In this document: one piece after another, positions 1 through 8,630 of the stretch | Numbering within the stretch: the stretch's first letter is position 1 | How the letters are laid out: each line of letters begins with the position of its first letter | Virus record (IMG/VR): IMGVR_UViG_3300027373_000012 | Coordinates: 1 to 35,263 of that record | Length of the DNA: 35,263 nucleotides | DNA from: a virus | Lineage: Duplodnaviria; Caudoviricetes | Reading direction: 5' to 3' (one strand) | Position numbers and translations under genes: made by a program | The notes under the pieces: generated by a model | Seen by the model: only the letters and a program-made list of their open reading frames with translations | Database searches by the model: none | Told to the model about the DNA's origin: nothing

Positions 1-249
1 CTCAGGGGCGGACCTCTCAGGGGCGGACCTCTCAGGGGCGGACCTCTCAGGGGCGAACCTCTCAGGGGCGGACCTCTCAGGGGCGAGCCTCTCAGGGGCG
101 GACCTCTCATGGGCGGACCTCTCAGGGGCGGACCTCTCAGGGGCGGACCTCTCAGGGGCGGACCCCTCACGGGCGGACCTCTCAGGGGCGGACCTCTCAG
201 GGGCGGACCTCTCAGGGGCGGACCTCTCAGGGGCGGACCTCTCAGGGGC
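1..249 (+). repeat. 15-bp tandem repeat CTCAGGGGCGGACCT, 16 full units plus a partial unit
   Basis: Directly visible; only a few single-base variants (gcgaac, gcgagc, tcatgg, ccctcacgg). Confidence 0.97.
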
Positions 250-499
250 TACTGTACGCGATAAGACCCTAGAAGGGAAACAGCCCATTCTCTTCATCGG
301 ACCCATAGGTTCCAGACAAAGCACACTTACAGCGTACAGAACTACTGAAGGGATCTACATAAAAGCCGGTTGTTTCTTTGGAAGTGTCCAAGATTTCACC
401 AGTGCAGTAACCAAAACCCACACAGGTACTAAGTTTAAGCAAAGCTATACAGCAGCTATCGAGTTCATAAAAATACACTTGGGGGAACATCATGAGTAA
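2..499 (+). CDS. Pentapeptide-repeat protein, 5'-truncated by the window edge
   Basis: Frame from position 2 reads (SGADL)n, i.e. A(D/N)Lxx pentapeptide repeats, followed by a C-terminal domain ILFIGPIGSRQSTLTAYRTTEGIYIKAGCFFGSVQDFTSAVTKTH...YTAAIEFI typical of phage pentapeptide-repeat proteins; TAA at 497-499. Absent from the ORF track because the start is missing. Confidence 0.9.
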   Translation, partial: SGADLSGADLSGADLSGANLSGADLSGASLSGADLSWADLSGADLSGADLSGADPSRADLSGADLSGADLSGADLSGADLSGATVRDKTLEGKQPILFIGPIGSRQSTLTAYRTTEGIYIKAGCFFGSVQDFTSAVTKTHTGTKFKQSYTAAIEFIKIHLGEHHE

Positions 500-662
500 A
501 CCACGTAAGAAGCTGCACTGGAGGGCATTCTACCAGATCACTGAGGATGTAGTACTGGGCCTGCGTAAACAAGGCATCACCATCGGGAGCCGTTACCGGT
601 TCGGGCACAAGCCCTTTAGTTCAGCGTTACAGAACTTCAAGGTTATCGGGGGTGGTAAGTGA
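492..662 (+). CDS. Hypothetical 56-aa basic protein
   Basis: ATG 492 after GGGGGA, overlaps upstream stop; MSKPRKKLHWRAFYQITEDVVLGLRKQG...GGGK*; stop overlaps the next GTG. Confidence 0.6.
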   Translation: MSKPRKKLHWRAFYQITEDVVLGLRKQGITIGSRYRFGHKPFSSALQNFKVIGGGK

Positions 663-802
663 GTCCCATACAGAGAAACCTGAAGGCTGAAGCATTAAAG
701 CAGTTGAGACGTGAGGGCACAATTGACTGTGTACTTTACATGGAACTTAAGGGTGCCGGTATGTGCCCAGAAAAAATCATGGAGGACTTTAACAATGAGT
801 AA
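659..802 (+). CDS. Hypothetical 47-aa protein
   Basis: GTGA overlap with the upstream stop; MSPIQRNLKAEALKQLRREGTIDCVLYMELKGAGMCPEKIMEDFNNE*; fills the gap in an operon-like chain. Confidence 0.55.
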   Translation: MSPIQRNLKAEALKQLRREGTIDCVLYMELKGAGMCPEKIMEDFNNE

Positions 803-1226
803 CAAACCTATTGATACCATGTCTATTTTACACAACATGGGCATTAAAGCGTTTCGGGCAAGGGTGGCTATACAGAACTACCAACTGATGCACCAGATGC
901 CTATGCAAGCGGTACTGGGCCGGTTGGGTCACAGTTTGGGTACAGCCATAGCTGCTGAGCCTGATCACATACGTAACATGACAACCAAGATTGAGTCCCA
1001 TCAGCCAAACTTTTGCTACTGCGGTGAGACCTTATATGAAATGTCGGCCTTTGTGTTCTCTAAAGACCAGCTGAAGGATTTCGCACAACAGGTGCTGTCG
1101 GCTTACGGAAACAACTACGCTGATGCACGTATGGAAACCCTTCAGAAGGTACTTAAGGTTCGCCTTAAGTCAGAACTTACGTGTGCCGTGTCTGATGTTG
1201 TAGATGAAGTTGTAGATGACCTGTAG
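795..1226 (+). CDS. Hypothetical protein (143 aa)
   Basis: ORF 711..1226; the better start is ATG 795, preceded by GGAGGA at 781-786. Confidence 0.7.
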   Translation: MSNKPIDTMSILHNMGIKAFRARVAIQNYQLMHQMPMQAVLGRLGHSLGTAIAAEPDHIRNMTTKIESHQPNFCYCGETLYEMSAFVFSKDQLKDFAQQVLSAYGNNYADARMETLQKVLKVRLKSELTCAVSDVVDEVVDDL

Positions 1227-1288
1227 TGAGGGTATTGGTTGCTTGCGAGTATTCCGGCACTGTACGGGATGCTTTCAGGCCAGAATAA
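1226..1288 (+). pseudogene. N-terminal relic of a phage DNA (cytosine) methyltransferase-like gene
   Basis: GTG overlapping the previous stop reads MRVLVACEYSGTVRDAFRPE*, matching the recognisable MxVLVACExSGxVRDAF start of phage methyltransferase-like proteins, then stops. Confidence 0.7.
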
Positions 1289-1397
1289 ATTAGGCCCATC
1301 GGCTGACCGGTGAAAGATACGCAGTAAAACATATCAAGGTATAGCAAACGCTATGGCCTCACAGTGGGGCTAAACCACAAGTAAAGGAAGGAGTATC

Positions 1398-2090
1398 ATG
1401 TCAGAAAAGAAACCTAAAGTTCCCCGTTATACTACACCAGCAGGGGTAGCCGCTTTCGTGTGGCTGAACACCCCAGACACCAAGTTTAAAGCTGATGGTG
1501 AGTATACCGTAAGCCTGATCATGGATGCTGAAGCAGCACAACCACTGATCGAAACCCTGGAGGCGGCTCTTAAGGAAGCACACGATGTAGCCGTAGCCTC
1601 TTACATGACCAAGCTGGAGGAAGCCAAGGGGCCACAGAAGGCTAAACTCAAGGCTAAGGGTGAGGTCAATACTGGTGACTTCTACACCCCGTACTATGAT
1701 GATGATGGGAATGAAACCGGTGAGGTCATCTTTAAGTTCAAGATGAATGCCAGCTTCGTTAAGAAGGAGAACGGTGAAGACAAGGTAATCAGAATGTCGC
1801 CACAGATGTTTGATGCCAAAGGGGTTAAGCTAAACTCTCCCCCTAATGTGGCTCCTGGTTCCATCCTGAAGATCAACTTCAGCCCGAACCCGTATTACGT
1901 GGATGCTACCCACACTGCCGGTATCCAACTGCGGCTGAACGCTGTTCAGATCATTGAGCTTAAGACCTTTGGTGGTGGTGGTGACGCTGGCAGCTACGGG
2001 TTCCAGGCTGAGGAGGGCTATGAGTCCAACCCTGAGAACGAAGCTGGGTTTCGTGATGAGTATGCAACCAAAGGGGCTGATGATTTCTAA
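1398..2090 (+). CDS. Single-stranded DNA-binding protein (T7 gp2.5-like)
   Basis: YTTPAGVA..WLNTPDTKF, FKFKMNASF, GSILKINF, LRLNAVQIIEL and an acidic C-terminus ending DDF; RBS AAGGAG. Confidence 0.93.
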   Translation: MSEKKPKVPRYTTPAGVAAFVWLNTPDTKFKADGEYTVSLIMDAEAAQPLIETLEAALKEAHDVAVASYMTKLEEAKGPQKAKLKAKGEVNTGDFYTPYYDDDGNETGEVIFKFKMNASFVKKENGEDKVIRMSPQMFDAKGVKLNSPPNVAPGSILKINFSPNPYYVDATHTAGIQLRLNAVQIIELKTFGGGGDAGSYGFQAEEGYESNPENEAGFRDEYATKGADDF

Positions 2091-2093
2091 CTA

Positions 2094-2498
2094 ATGCCGA
2101 TACCTCGCTATAAATCGGCAGCAACTAGGGCGTGGGCTAAGGGTTACAGATCGGGACTGGAGGAGCGGATTGCTAAGGAGCTTGAAGCTGCGAAAGTCCC
2201 TGTTCTCTATGAAGTGGACAAGATCACGTATACCCAACCAGCCAAGGTACGCACATACACCCCTGACTTCAAGCTGCCCAACGGTATCTATGTTGAAACC
2301 AAAGGGCGTTTCCTACCTGAAGACCGCATGAAGCACCTGTTAATCAAAGAGCAGCACCCAGACATTGAGATACGCTTTGTGTTCTCCAATAGTAAATCCC
2401 CAATCACCAAGGGTTCCAAGACAACGTATGCACTTTGGTGTGAGAAGAACGGGTTCACTTATGCAGACAAGCATATTCCTATGAGCTGGATTAAGTAA
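2094..2498 (+). CDS. Endonuclease I / Holliday junction resolvase (T7 gp3-like)
   Basis: GYRSGLE, YTPDF, VETKGRF, DRMKHLLIKEQHP, SKTTYALWCEKNGF motifs. Confidence 0.96.
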   Translation: MPIPRYKSAATRAWAKGYRSGLEERIAKELEAAKVPVLYEVDKITYTQPAKVRTYTPDFKLPNGIYVETKGRFLPEDRMKHLLIKEQHPDIEIRFVFSNSKSPITKGSKTTYALWCEKNGFTYADKHIPMSWIK

Positions 2499-2502
2499 AC
2501 AC

Positions 2503-2814
2503 ATGAAAGGAGAACGTTTGTCAGTTATTCAACCCAAAGCACTCATCCAAGACCAAGTGTTACAGCACCTGGAAATGGCTGGTGACATCACCGCTGTTAT
2601 TGCCACAAAGGAATACGGTACGTGTGACCTACGGGATCAAATCTATATTCTCAGAAAGCGGTTACGTGCTGAAGGTAGGGGTCGGTGGATACGCACTACA
2701 TTTCACAGATCACCTGTAAAGAACGAGAGGTACGCTAAGTACACCCTCATGACCAAAGCAGGTAAACCCTACTGTAAACTCCAAGGAGGAGTGAATGTTC
2801 AGAAGTCCTACTAA
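2503..2814 (+). CDS. Small winged helix-turn-helix DNA-binding protein
   Basis: QVLQHLEMAGDITAVIATKEYGTCDLRDQIYILRK...ERYAKYTL resembles the phage wHTH pattern IL.HL...GSIT..EA...YG...L..RI..LR. Confidence 0.65.
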   Translation: MKGERLSVIQPKALIQDQVLQHLEMAGDITAVIATKEYGTCDLRDQIYILRKRLRAEGRGRWIRTTFHRSPVKNERYAKYTLMTKAGKPYCKLQGGVNVQKSY

Positions 2815-3103
2815 GGAAGCAGACAAGCTGGTCCAACTGTTTGACAGCATGCCAACACGTTTAGCTAAAGCTGAAGAAGCCTTGAACAAGGGTATTCAAC
2901 GTGATGAGCAGGCTCAAAAGTTAATCTCAAGTATCGCCAAAGCTGCTGCTCAGGTGGTTGTGTGGGTTATCGAACGGTTAGCAGCTCTTGAAGATAAGGC
3001 ACGCTGGTTTATCGGTGACCGCCTCCTGGATAAGCGTATCTCACGGGCGAGCATTCGCTACCGTAGGGCACATATGATGACGGCTACCGGTGACAATGCC
3101 TAG
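2795..3103 (+). CDS. Hypothetical helical protein
   Basis: 102-aa ORF with RBS AAGGAGGAG, overlapping its neighbours. Confidence 0.7.
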   Translation: MFRSPTKEADKLVQLFDSMPTRLAKAEEALNKGIQRDEQAQKLISSIAKAAAQVVVWVIERLAALEDKARWFIGDRLLDKRISRASIRYRRAHMMTATGDNA

Positions 3104-4745
3104 AGGTAAGCAGGAGGATGACAGTATCTTCCTGTTTCACGAACCCTGCGACTGTGGTTCATCCGATGGGAGGGCAGTATACAGCAACGGTAACAAATAC
3201 TGCTTTGTGTGTAAGAACTGGTTTGGCGGGGAGGGTGAACCACCCAAGCAACACTCACGTAGTAAACGTGTTACCAACCTGATCAGTACCGGTGAGTTCA
3301 AATTCCTGAAAGCACGTGGCATAGCTGAGGCTACCTGCCGCAAGTATAACTATCAGGTAGGAACCCATGAGGGTAAGTCCGTTCACATTGCCAACTATTA
3401 CCGTAAAGGTGAAGTGGTAGCTCAACATCTGAGGTTCAGTACCAAGGATGTAGGGATGCCGTGGCTTGGTGAAGGTAAGAACGTAGAGCTGTTCGGTCAA
3501 CAACTGTGGCGCAACTCTGGTGGTAAACGGATCGTGATAACTGAGGGTGAGATTGACACACTCTCAGTGGCTCAGGCGTTCAACCTTAAGTGGCCGGTGG
3601 TGGGTGTACCTGGAGCTGAGTGGGCGATCAAGAACCTGCCGAAGCACCTTGAGTTCCTTGAGTCATTTGAAGAGGTGGTGTTGGCCTTTGATAATGATGA
3701 GCCAGGGCGGGATGCTGCCAAGGCATGTGCTACCTACTTCAGCCCTAACAAGGTGCGGATTGTACAGTGGCCAACAGGTATCAAAGATGCAAATGATATG
3801 GTTCAAGCTGGACGCATTGGTGAGATCTCAGACCTCATCTGGAACTCTAAGGTATTCAGACCTGATGGGTTGGTATCCATAGCTGACATTGCTGATGAAG
3901 CCATGAGACCTACCCAGATGGGCCTACAGTGGGTTTTCCCTGAGCTGACCAAGTTGACCTATGGGAGACGCTTCGGTGAGATCTACGGCTTTGGTGCTGG
4001 GACCGGCATTGGTAAGACTGACCTCCTGACACAGCAGATGGCTTTTGATCTGGACGTACTCAAGCAGCGGGTTGGGGTGTTGTTCCTAGAGCAGCGTCCC
4101 ACAGAGACTGCCAAGAGGATAGCCGGTAAGATTGACGGCAAGATGTATCATGTACCTGATGAGGATTGGAAGGCTGAGGAACTTGCGGCTACCATTCGGG
4201 GGCTTGAGGATCGGGTTGTGCTGTATGACAACTTTGGTCAAACCGATTGGGACATCGTTAAGACTCAGATCAGGTACATGGTGCAAGGCTATGACATTAA
4301 GTTGATCTACCTGGATCACCTGACTGCTATGGCTGACCCATCCTCAGAGAAGGAATCAATAGAGCTGATCATGAAGGAAATGGCTGCTCTTGCTAACGAG
4401 CTTGGTTGCATCATCCACTTCGTATCCCACCTGTCTACACCCGATGGTAAACCTCATGAAGAGGGTGGTAGGGTCATGATCAGGCACTTCAAGGGGAGCC
4501 GCAGTATCGGCTTCTGGTCCTTCTTCATGTTCGGCTTGGAGCGAAACCAACAGGCCGATGACCCAGAAGAACGGCAGTCTACCACCTTCAGGGTTCTTAA
4601 GGATCGCTACACAGGCCGCAGTGCTGGCAAGACCATTGACCTTGGCTATGATTCCGAGACGGGAAGGCTCTACGTTAAGGGTAACCCAGCACCATTCACT
4701 AACGAAACATCATCAACAACATCAAAACGGAAGGAGGACTTCTAG
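3090..4745 (+). CDS. DNA primase/helicase (T7 gp4-like); alternative start ATG 3096
   Basis: N-terminal Zn ribbon HEPCDCGSSDG...YCFVC, TOPRIM ITEGEID and AFDNDEPG, Walker A AGTGIGKT, IYLDHL, VSHL, GKPHEEGGRV, VLKDRYTG. Confidence 0.97.
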   Translation: MTMPRGKQEDDSIFLFHEPCDCGSSDGRAVYSNGNKYCFVCKNWFGGEGEPPKQHSRSKRVTNLISTGEFKFLKARGIAEATCRKYNYQVGTHEGKSVHIANYYRKGEVVAQHLRFSTKDVGMPWLGEGKNVELFGQQLWRNSGGKRIVITEGEIDTLSVAQAFNLKWPVVGVPGAEWAIKNLPKHLEFLESFEEVVLAFDNDEPGRDAAKACATYFSPNKVRIVQWPTGIKDANDMVQAGRIGEISDLIWNSKVFRPDGLVSIADIADEAMRPTQMGLQWVFPELTKLTYGRRFGEIYGFGAGTGIGKTDLLTQQMAFDLDVLKQRVGVLFLEQRPTETAKRIAGKIDGKMYHVPDEDWKAEELAATIRGLEDRVVLYDNFGQTDWDIVKTQIRYMVQGYDIKLIYLDHLTAMADPSSEKESIELIMKEMAALANELGCIIHFVSHLSTPDGKPHEEGGRVMIRHFKGSRSIGFWSFFMFGLERNQQADDPEERQSTTFRVLKDRYTGRSAGKTIDLGYDSETGRLYVKGNPAPFTNETSSTTSKRKEDF

Positions 4746-4748
4746 GTT

Positions 4749-4817
4749 ATGAAAGCATTTCTGGCGAAGGTTCTCTGTGGCTATCAACTCCCGTGGCTAC
4801 TGGTGTGGGCCTATTAA
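4749..4817 (+). CDS. Putative 22-aa peptide upstream of the polymerase
   Basis: Strong AAGGAGGA at the end of gp4 precedes ATG 4749; MKAFLAKVLCGYQLPWLLVWAY*; stop lies 3 nt before the polymerase TTG. Confidence 0.35.
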   Translation: MKAFLAKVLCGYQLPWLLVWAY

Positions 4818-4820
4818 GTA

Positions 4821-6758
4821 TTGGCCCTCATATTTGACTTAGAAGCTAACGATCTTCTGATGGGTGTAACCAAGATGCACGTCCTGTGTACCTATGACAC
4901 AGTGACTGGTAAATACACCCGCTATGAGCATCAAACCTTACTGGATTGCCTTAAGGTATTATCAGAAGCTGATGAACTCATAGGTCACAACATCATTGGG
5001 TATGATCTGCCAGCCCTCAATAAACTCTATGGTCTGAACGTTACCGGCAAAGTTCGGGACACACTCGTTTGGGCACGCCTTGTCTATGGTGACATCAAGA
5101 CTAAGGACATGGGGTTATGGAAGGCTGGTAGGCTACCTGGGCAGCTCATAGGCAGACACTCTCTGGAATCCTATGGGTATCGCCTGGGTGTCCTTAAAGG
5201 TGACTACTCAAAGGGTAAGACAGCGGAAGATGCGTGGGCTGTGTGGTCACCGGAAATGAGTGACTACTGCGAACAGGACGTGGCAGTAACGGTGGCTCTC
5301 CATGAGAAACTGAAGGGCATCGAAACATCTGAAGAAGCCCTTCAGCTGGAACATGATGTAGCCACTATCATTCAGCGGCAGGTGGCCTATGGTTGGCAGT
5401 TCAACGTGACTAAGGGCTGGAAGCTGTACGCTGAGATCATGAGCTTACGGGAGAATCTGAAGCTCAAACTGCAGGGGGTATTCCCTCCATTCTGGTTACG
5501 GGATGGTAAGGATGTTACCCCTAAGAAAGACATCGGCCCACCCAAGGCTAAGAACTCCAAGACCCTTCACGAATGGATAGGAGCTGATGGGCAACTGCTC
5601 AAGGCACGAGCTTTGGAAGGCTGCAGTTACACCAAGATTAAACTGGTTGAGTTCAACCCCTCAAGTAGGGACCACATAGCCAACAGACTGAAGCATCACT
5701 ATAAGTGGCAACCGGTGGAGTTCACTGAGGATGGTAAAACCAAGGTGGATGAAACGGTGCTATCGAACCTACCGTACCCTGAAGCAAAACTACTGTCTGA
5801 ATACCTGATGCTGGACAAAAGGATCGGACAGTTGGGGGATGGTAAGGAGGCGTGGCTCAGGTGTGTTTCTCCTGAAGGTAGGATCTTTGGCAATGTGAAC
5901 CCATCAGGTGCTGTAACACGCCGTATGACCCACAGCAAACCCAACGTAGCCCAAGTACCTGCTGTAAGTAAGAACAAGGCTGGAGAGGTGCTGCTAGGTA
6001 TTGAGGGCGGCTTTGGTGCTGAGTGCCGTGAGTTGTTTGAGGTACGCCCGGGTTGTAAGCTGGTGGGTGGTGACGCTTCAGGGTTGGAATTGAGGTGTCT
6101 GGGTCACTACATGGCAAGGTGGGATGATGGAGCCTACATCAAGGTCATCCTAGAGGGTGACATTCACTCAGTCAACCAACAAGCAGCACAACTAAGTACA
6201 CGCGACAAGGCAAAGACATTTATCTACGCCTTCCTTTATGGAGCAGGTGATGAGCTTCTGGGCGTTATCGCAGTTGAGGGTGACGGTAAGGTGTACAACT
6301 CCAACCAACTCAGGAAGATTGGCAGGGAGCTTAGGCAAAGATTCACCACCAACCTGCAGGCCCTTGGTTCATTGATTGATGCTGCTAAGGCTAAGGTCAA
6401 GCAAGGGTTTGTCTTCGGCTTGGACGGTGGGAAGATCCCCATACGTCATGAACATGCAGCCCTGAACACCCTCCTGCAGTCAGCCGGTGCTTTGGTGATG
6501 AAGAAGGCTCTGGTTATCCTTGATGGGAAACTGAAGGCTTTGGGCCTGCAACCGTTCAATGTGGCTGATGGTACAGGGCACTATGAGTTTGTTGGAAATA
6601 TCCACGATGAGTTTCAGCTTGAGGTCTTGGAACAACATGCTGAACTTGTGGGTAAGACTATCGTGGAATCCATACGGGCAGCTGGTGAACACTTTAACTT
6701 CAGGTGTCCCTTGGATGGGGAGTACAAGATCGGTAACAACTGGAAGGAAACCCACTAG
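4821..6758 (+). CDS. DNA polymerase family A with 3'-5' exonuclease (T7 gp5-like)
   Basis: Exo motifs IFDLEAN, GHNIIGYDLP, YCEQDV; polymerase motifs DASGLELR (A), RDKAKTFIYAFLYGAG (B), IHDEFQ (C); TTG start. Confidence 0.97.
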   Translation: MALIFDLEANDLLMGVTKMHVLCTYDTVTGKYTRYEHQTLLDCLKVLSEADELIGHNIIGYDLPALNKLYGLNVTGKVRDTLVWARLVYGDIKTKDMGLWKAGRLPGQLIGRHSLESYGYRLGVLKGDYSKGKTAEDAWAVWSPEMSDYCEQDVAVTVALHEKLKGIETSEEALQLEHDVATIIQRQVAYGWQFNVTKGWKLYAEIMSLRENLKLKLQGVFPPFWLRDGKDVTPKKDIGPPKAKNSKTLHEWIGADGQLLKARALEGCSYTKIKLVEFNPSSRDHIANRLKHHYKWQPVEFTEDGKTKVDETVLSNLPYPEAKLLSEYLMLDKRIGQLGDGKEAWLRCVSPEGRIFGNVNPSGAVTRRMTHSKPNVAQVPAVSKNKAGEVLLGIEGGFGAECRELFEVRPGCKLVGGDASGLELRCLGHYMARWDDGAYIKVILEGDIHSVNQQAAQLSTRDKAKTFIYAFLYGAGDELLGVIAVEGDGKVYNSNQLRKIGRELRQRFTTNLQALGSLIDAAKAKVKQGFVFGLDGGKIPIRHEHAALNTLLQSAGALVMKKALVILDGKLKALGLQPFNVADGTGHYEFVGNIHDEFQLEVLEQHAELVGKTIVESIRAAGEHFNFRCPLDGEYKIGNNWKETH

Positions 6759-6930
6759 ATGAAGAAGTAAGAAAGCAACAGAACCCTGAACGCCTCTCTA
6801 TGGCCTGCACTGGAAGCGCACCATTCGGGGTCACTCTAAGCCGTCAATCCTGCAGGGGAGAGGCGGTTTTCTTTTAAAGCAATACATCTTTCTGATGCAA
6901 CTCACATACATAAAACATAAGGAGAACACA

Positions 6931-7125
6931 ATGCTTTCCACTGGTATCTCAAAAATGGCAGCTGCCCTTGCCATGCTTAAATTCAAGTACCTACTCCCAA
7001 GGATGGTTAACGCACAGCCTGTGGTTAAGACCGCAAGGGACCGCTCCGTAAACCCCCGCTACCCAAAACGGTTTCAGGGTGTTCAGGAGTGTCAACGTAG
7101 GTTGCAACAGAAAGGGGTGCTGTAG
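6931..7125 (+). CDS. Small basic hypothetical protein (64 aa)
   Basis: Best start ATG 6931 with AAGGAG RBS and an AC-rich leader. Confidence 0.7.
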   Translation: MLSTGISKMAAALAMLKFKYLLPRMVNAQPVVKTARDRSVNPRYPKRFQGVQECQRRLQQKGVL

Positions 7126-7799
7126 TGATTATTGGTCTTCATGGTAAGGCTGGCTCAGGTAAGTCAACATTTGCTGAAGCTGCTGTACAGAACCTGGGGG
7201 CAGTTCGGCTGTCATTTGCCACGGCACTTAAGAAGGAAGTTGAGGAGGTACTGCAAGATGTAGGGGTTCCTCACCTGCCTGAACAGCTCTATGGTGATGC
7301 TGTTGCTAAAGAAGTACCACTGGTGTTTGTTCCACGGGATATGAGTAAGCTACAGGATAGTGGGGCCATTGGTTTCGGACTGCTCAGAACTATCCTTGTA
7401 CACAGGGGTATGTACTCTGGTGGGGTCTGCACGATAACTCCACGGGTTCTCCTCCAGGAGTGGGGGAACCTTAAGCGTAAACTTGAGGGGCCTGACTACT
7501 GGATCAATAAGCTACTCCTCCAATGCACTGACCACTCTCAGCTCTACATCATTGATGACGTGCGTTACCTGAATGAGGCCCATCTTGTAAAGGAGCGTCT
7601 GGGTGGTTACCTCATCAAGATCGTGCGCCCCAACACTGCAGCCATATCTGGTGCTGATCATGTTTCAGAGACTGAGCTGGATACATTCGAGGATTGGGAT
7701 GTAGAAACCCTTAACTGTGCCGCTGAGGATGTCTTTAAAATGCAGGCATCACTCATTGTTCTGAGCCTTCAGAATCACTTCAGGGATAACCTGCTGTGA
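7125..7799 (+). CDS. Deoxynucleoside monophosphate kinase
   Basis: IIGLHGKAGSGKST P-loop, SFATALK, TPRVLLQEWG, IIDDVRYLNE, HVSETELD. Confidence 0.9.
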   Translation: MIIGLHGKAGSGKSTFAEAAVQNLGAVRLSFATALKKEVEEVLQDVGVPHLPEQLYGDAVAKEVPLVFVPRDMSKLQDSGAIGFGLLRTILVHRGMYSGGVCTITPRVLLQEWGNLKRKLEGPDYWINKLLLQCTDHSQLYIIDDVRYLNEAHLVKERLGGYLIKIVRPNTAAISGADHVSETELDTFEDWDVETLNCAAEDVFKMQASLIVLSLQNHFRDNLL

Positions 7800-8596
7800 A
7801 ACTTCTGATTGACGCTGACATTCTCTGCTTCAAGTTTGCTTGTATCAATGAGCAGAATATTGATTGGGGGGATGACATCACATCAGCCGTGGTGAATGAA
7901 CGTAAAGCCATAGCAGATATGAGTTCCTATGTGGAACACCTTAAGAAGAAGTCAAACTGTTCAGAAGCTATCCTGGTGCTGTCCGGTAGTAATAACTTCA
8001 GGTACAACGTACTGCCCACCTACAAGCATCACAGACCACCTAAGCCTGCACTGGTTCCGGTTCTCAAGCAGTACATCATTGATAACTTCAGGCATGAGCT
8101 GTGGGATAACCTTGAGGGTGATGATGTTATTGGTATCATGATGACGCAATGCCCTGACCAATACGTGTGCTGTACCAAGGATAAAGACCTCAAGCAGATA
8201 CCAGGGACTCACTTTCACATGGATCGTGAGGAGTTCTTCTATGTAGCTGAAGAGGACGGACAAGCCTTCTTCTACACGCAGATACTCACAGGTGATGCTA
8301 CCGATGGCTACTATGGGTGCCCTGGGGTTGGTAAGGTTGCTGCTGCCAAGATCCTTGAGAGTCCGTATCTGCTGGTGCCCTATGAGTATGAGTTCAAACG
8401 GGGTAAACGGCAGGGTGAAATTGAGGTTCGCTATAAGGAGGAGCCTACTGACAACCTGTGGGCAGCTATCGTTTCTCAGTATGAGGCCAAAGGTTTGACT
8501 GAAGCAGATGCACTGCAGCAAGCCCGTGTAGCCAAGATACTTACAGCTTCAGATTATGATGCAACCAAAGGGGAGGTTATATTGTGGAACCCGTAG
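7796..8596 (+). CDS. 5'-3' exonuclease (T7 gp6-like)
   Basis: LLIDADIL, NFRY..LPTYK, LEGDDVIGI, DKDLKQIPG, QILTGDATDGYYGCPGVG, C-terminal LWNP. Confidence 0.95.
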   Translation: MKLLIDADILCFKFACINEQNIDWGDDITSAVVNERKAIADMSSYVEHLKKKSNCSEAILVLSGSNNFRYNVLPTYKHHRPPKPALVPVLKQYIIDNFRHELWDNLEGDDVIGIMMTQCPDQYVCCTKDKDLKQIPGTHFHMDREEFFYVAEEDGQAFFYTQILTGDATDGYYGCPGVGKVAAAKILESPYLLVPYEYEFKRGKRQGEIEVRYKEEPTDNLWAAIVSQYEAKGLTEADALQQARVAKILTASDYDATKGEVILWNP

Positions 8597-8630
8597 AACC
8601 AAAGCTGTGTGTTGAATGTGGTTGTTCTAA

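Noticed and set aside
1300-1316. CTGA...GAAA as a hammerhead ribozyme core
   Set aside because: The CUGANGA consensus is not met and the three-stem geometry could not be built.
4821-6758. Intein or intron in the polymerase, helicase or terminase
   Set aside because: Lengths are normal and motifs contiguous; no homing endonuclease seen.
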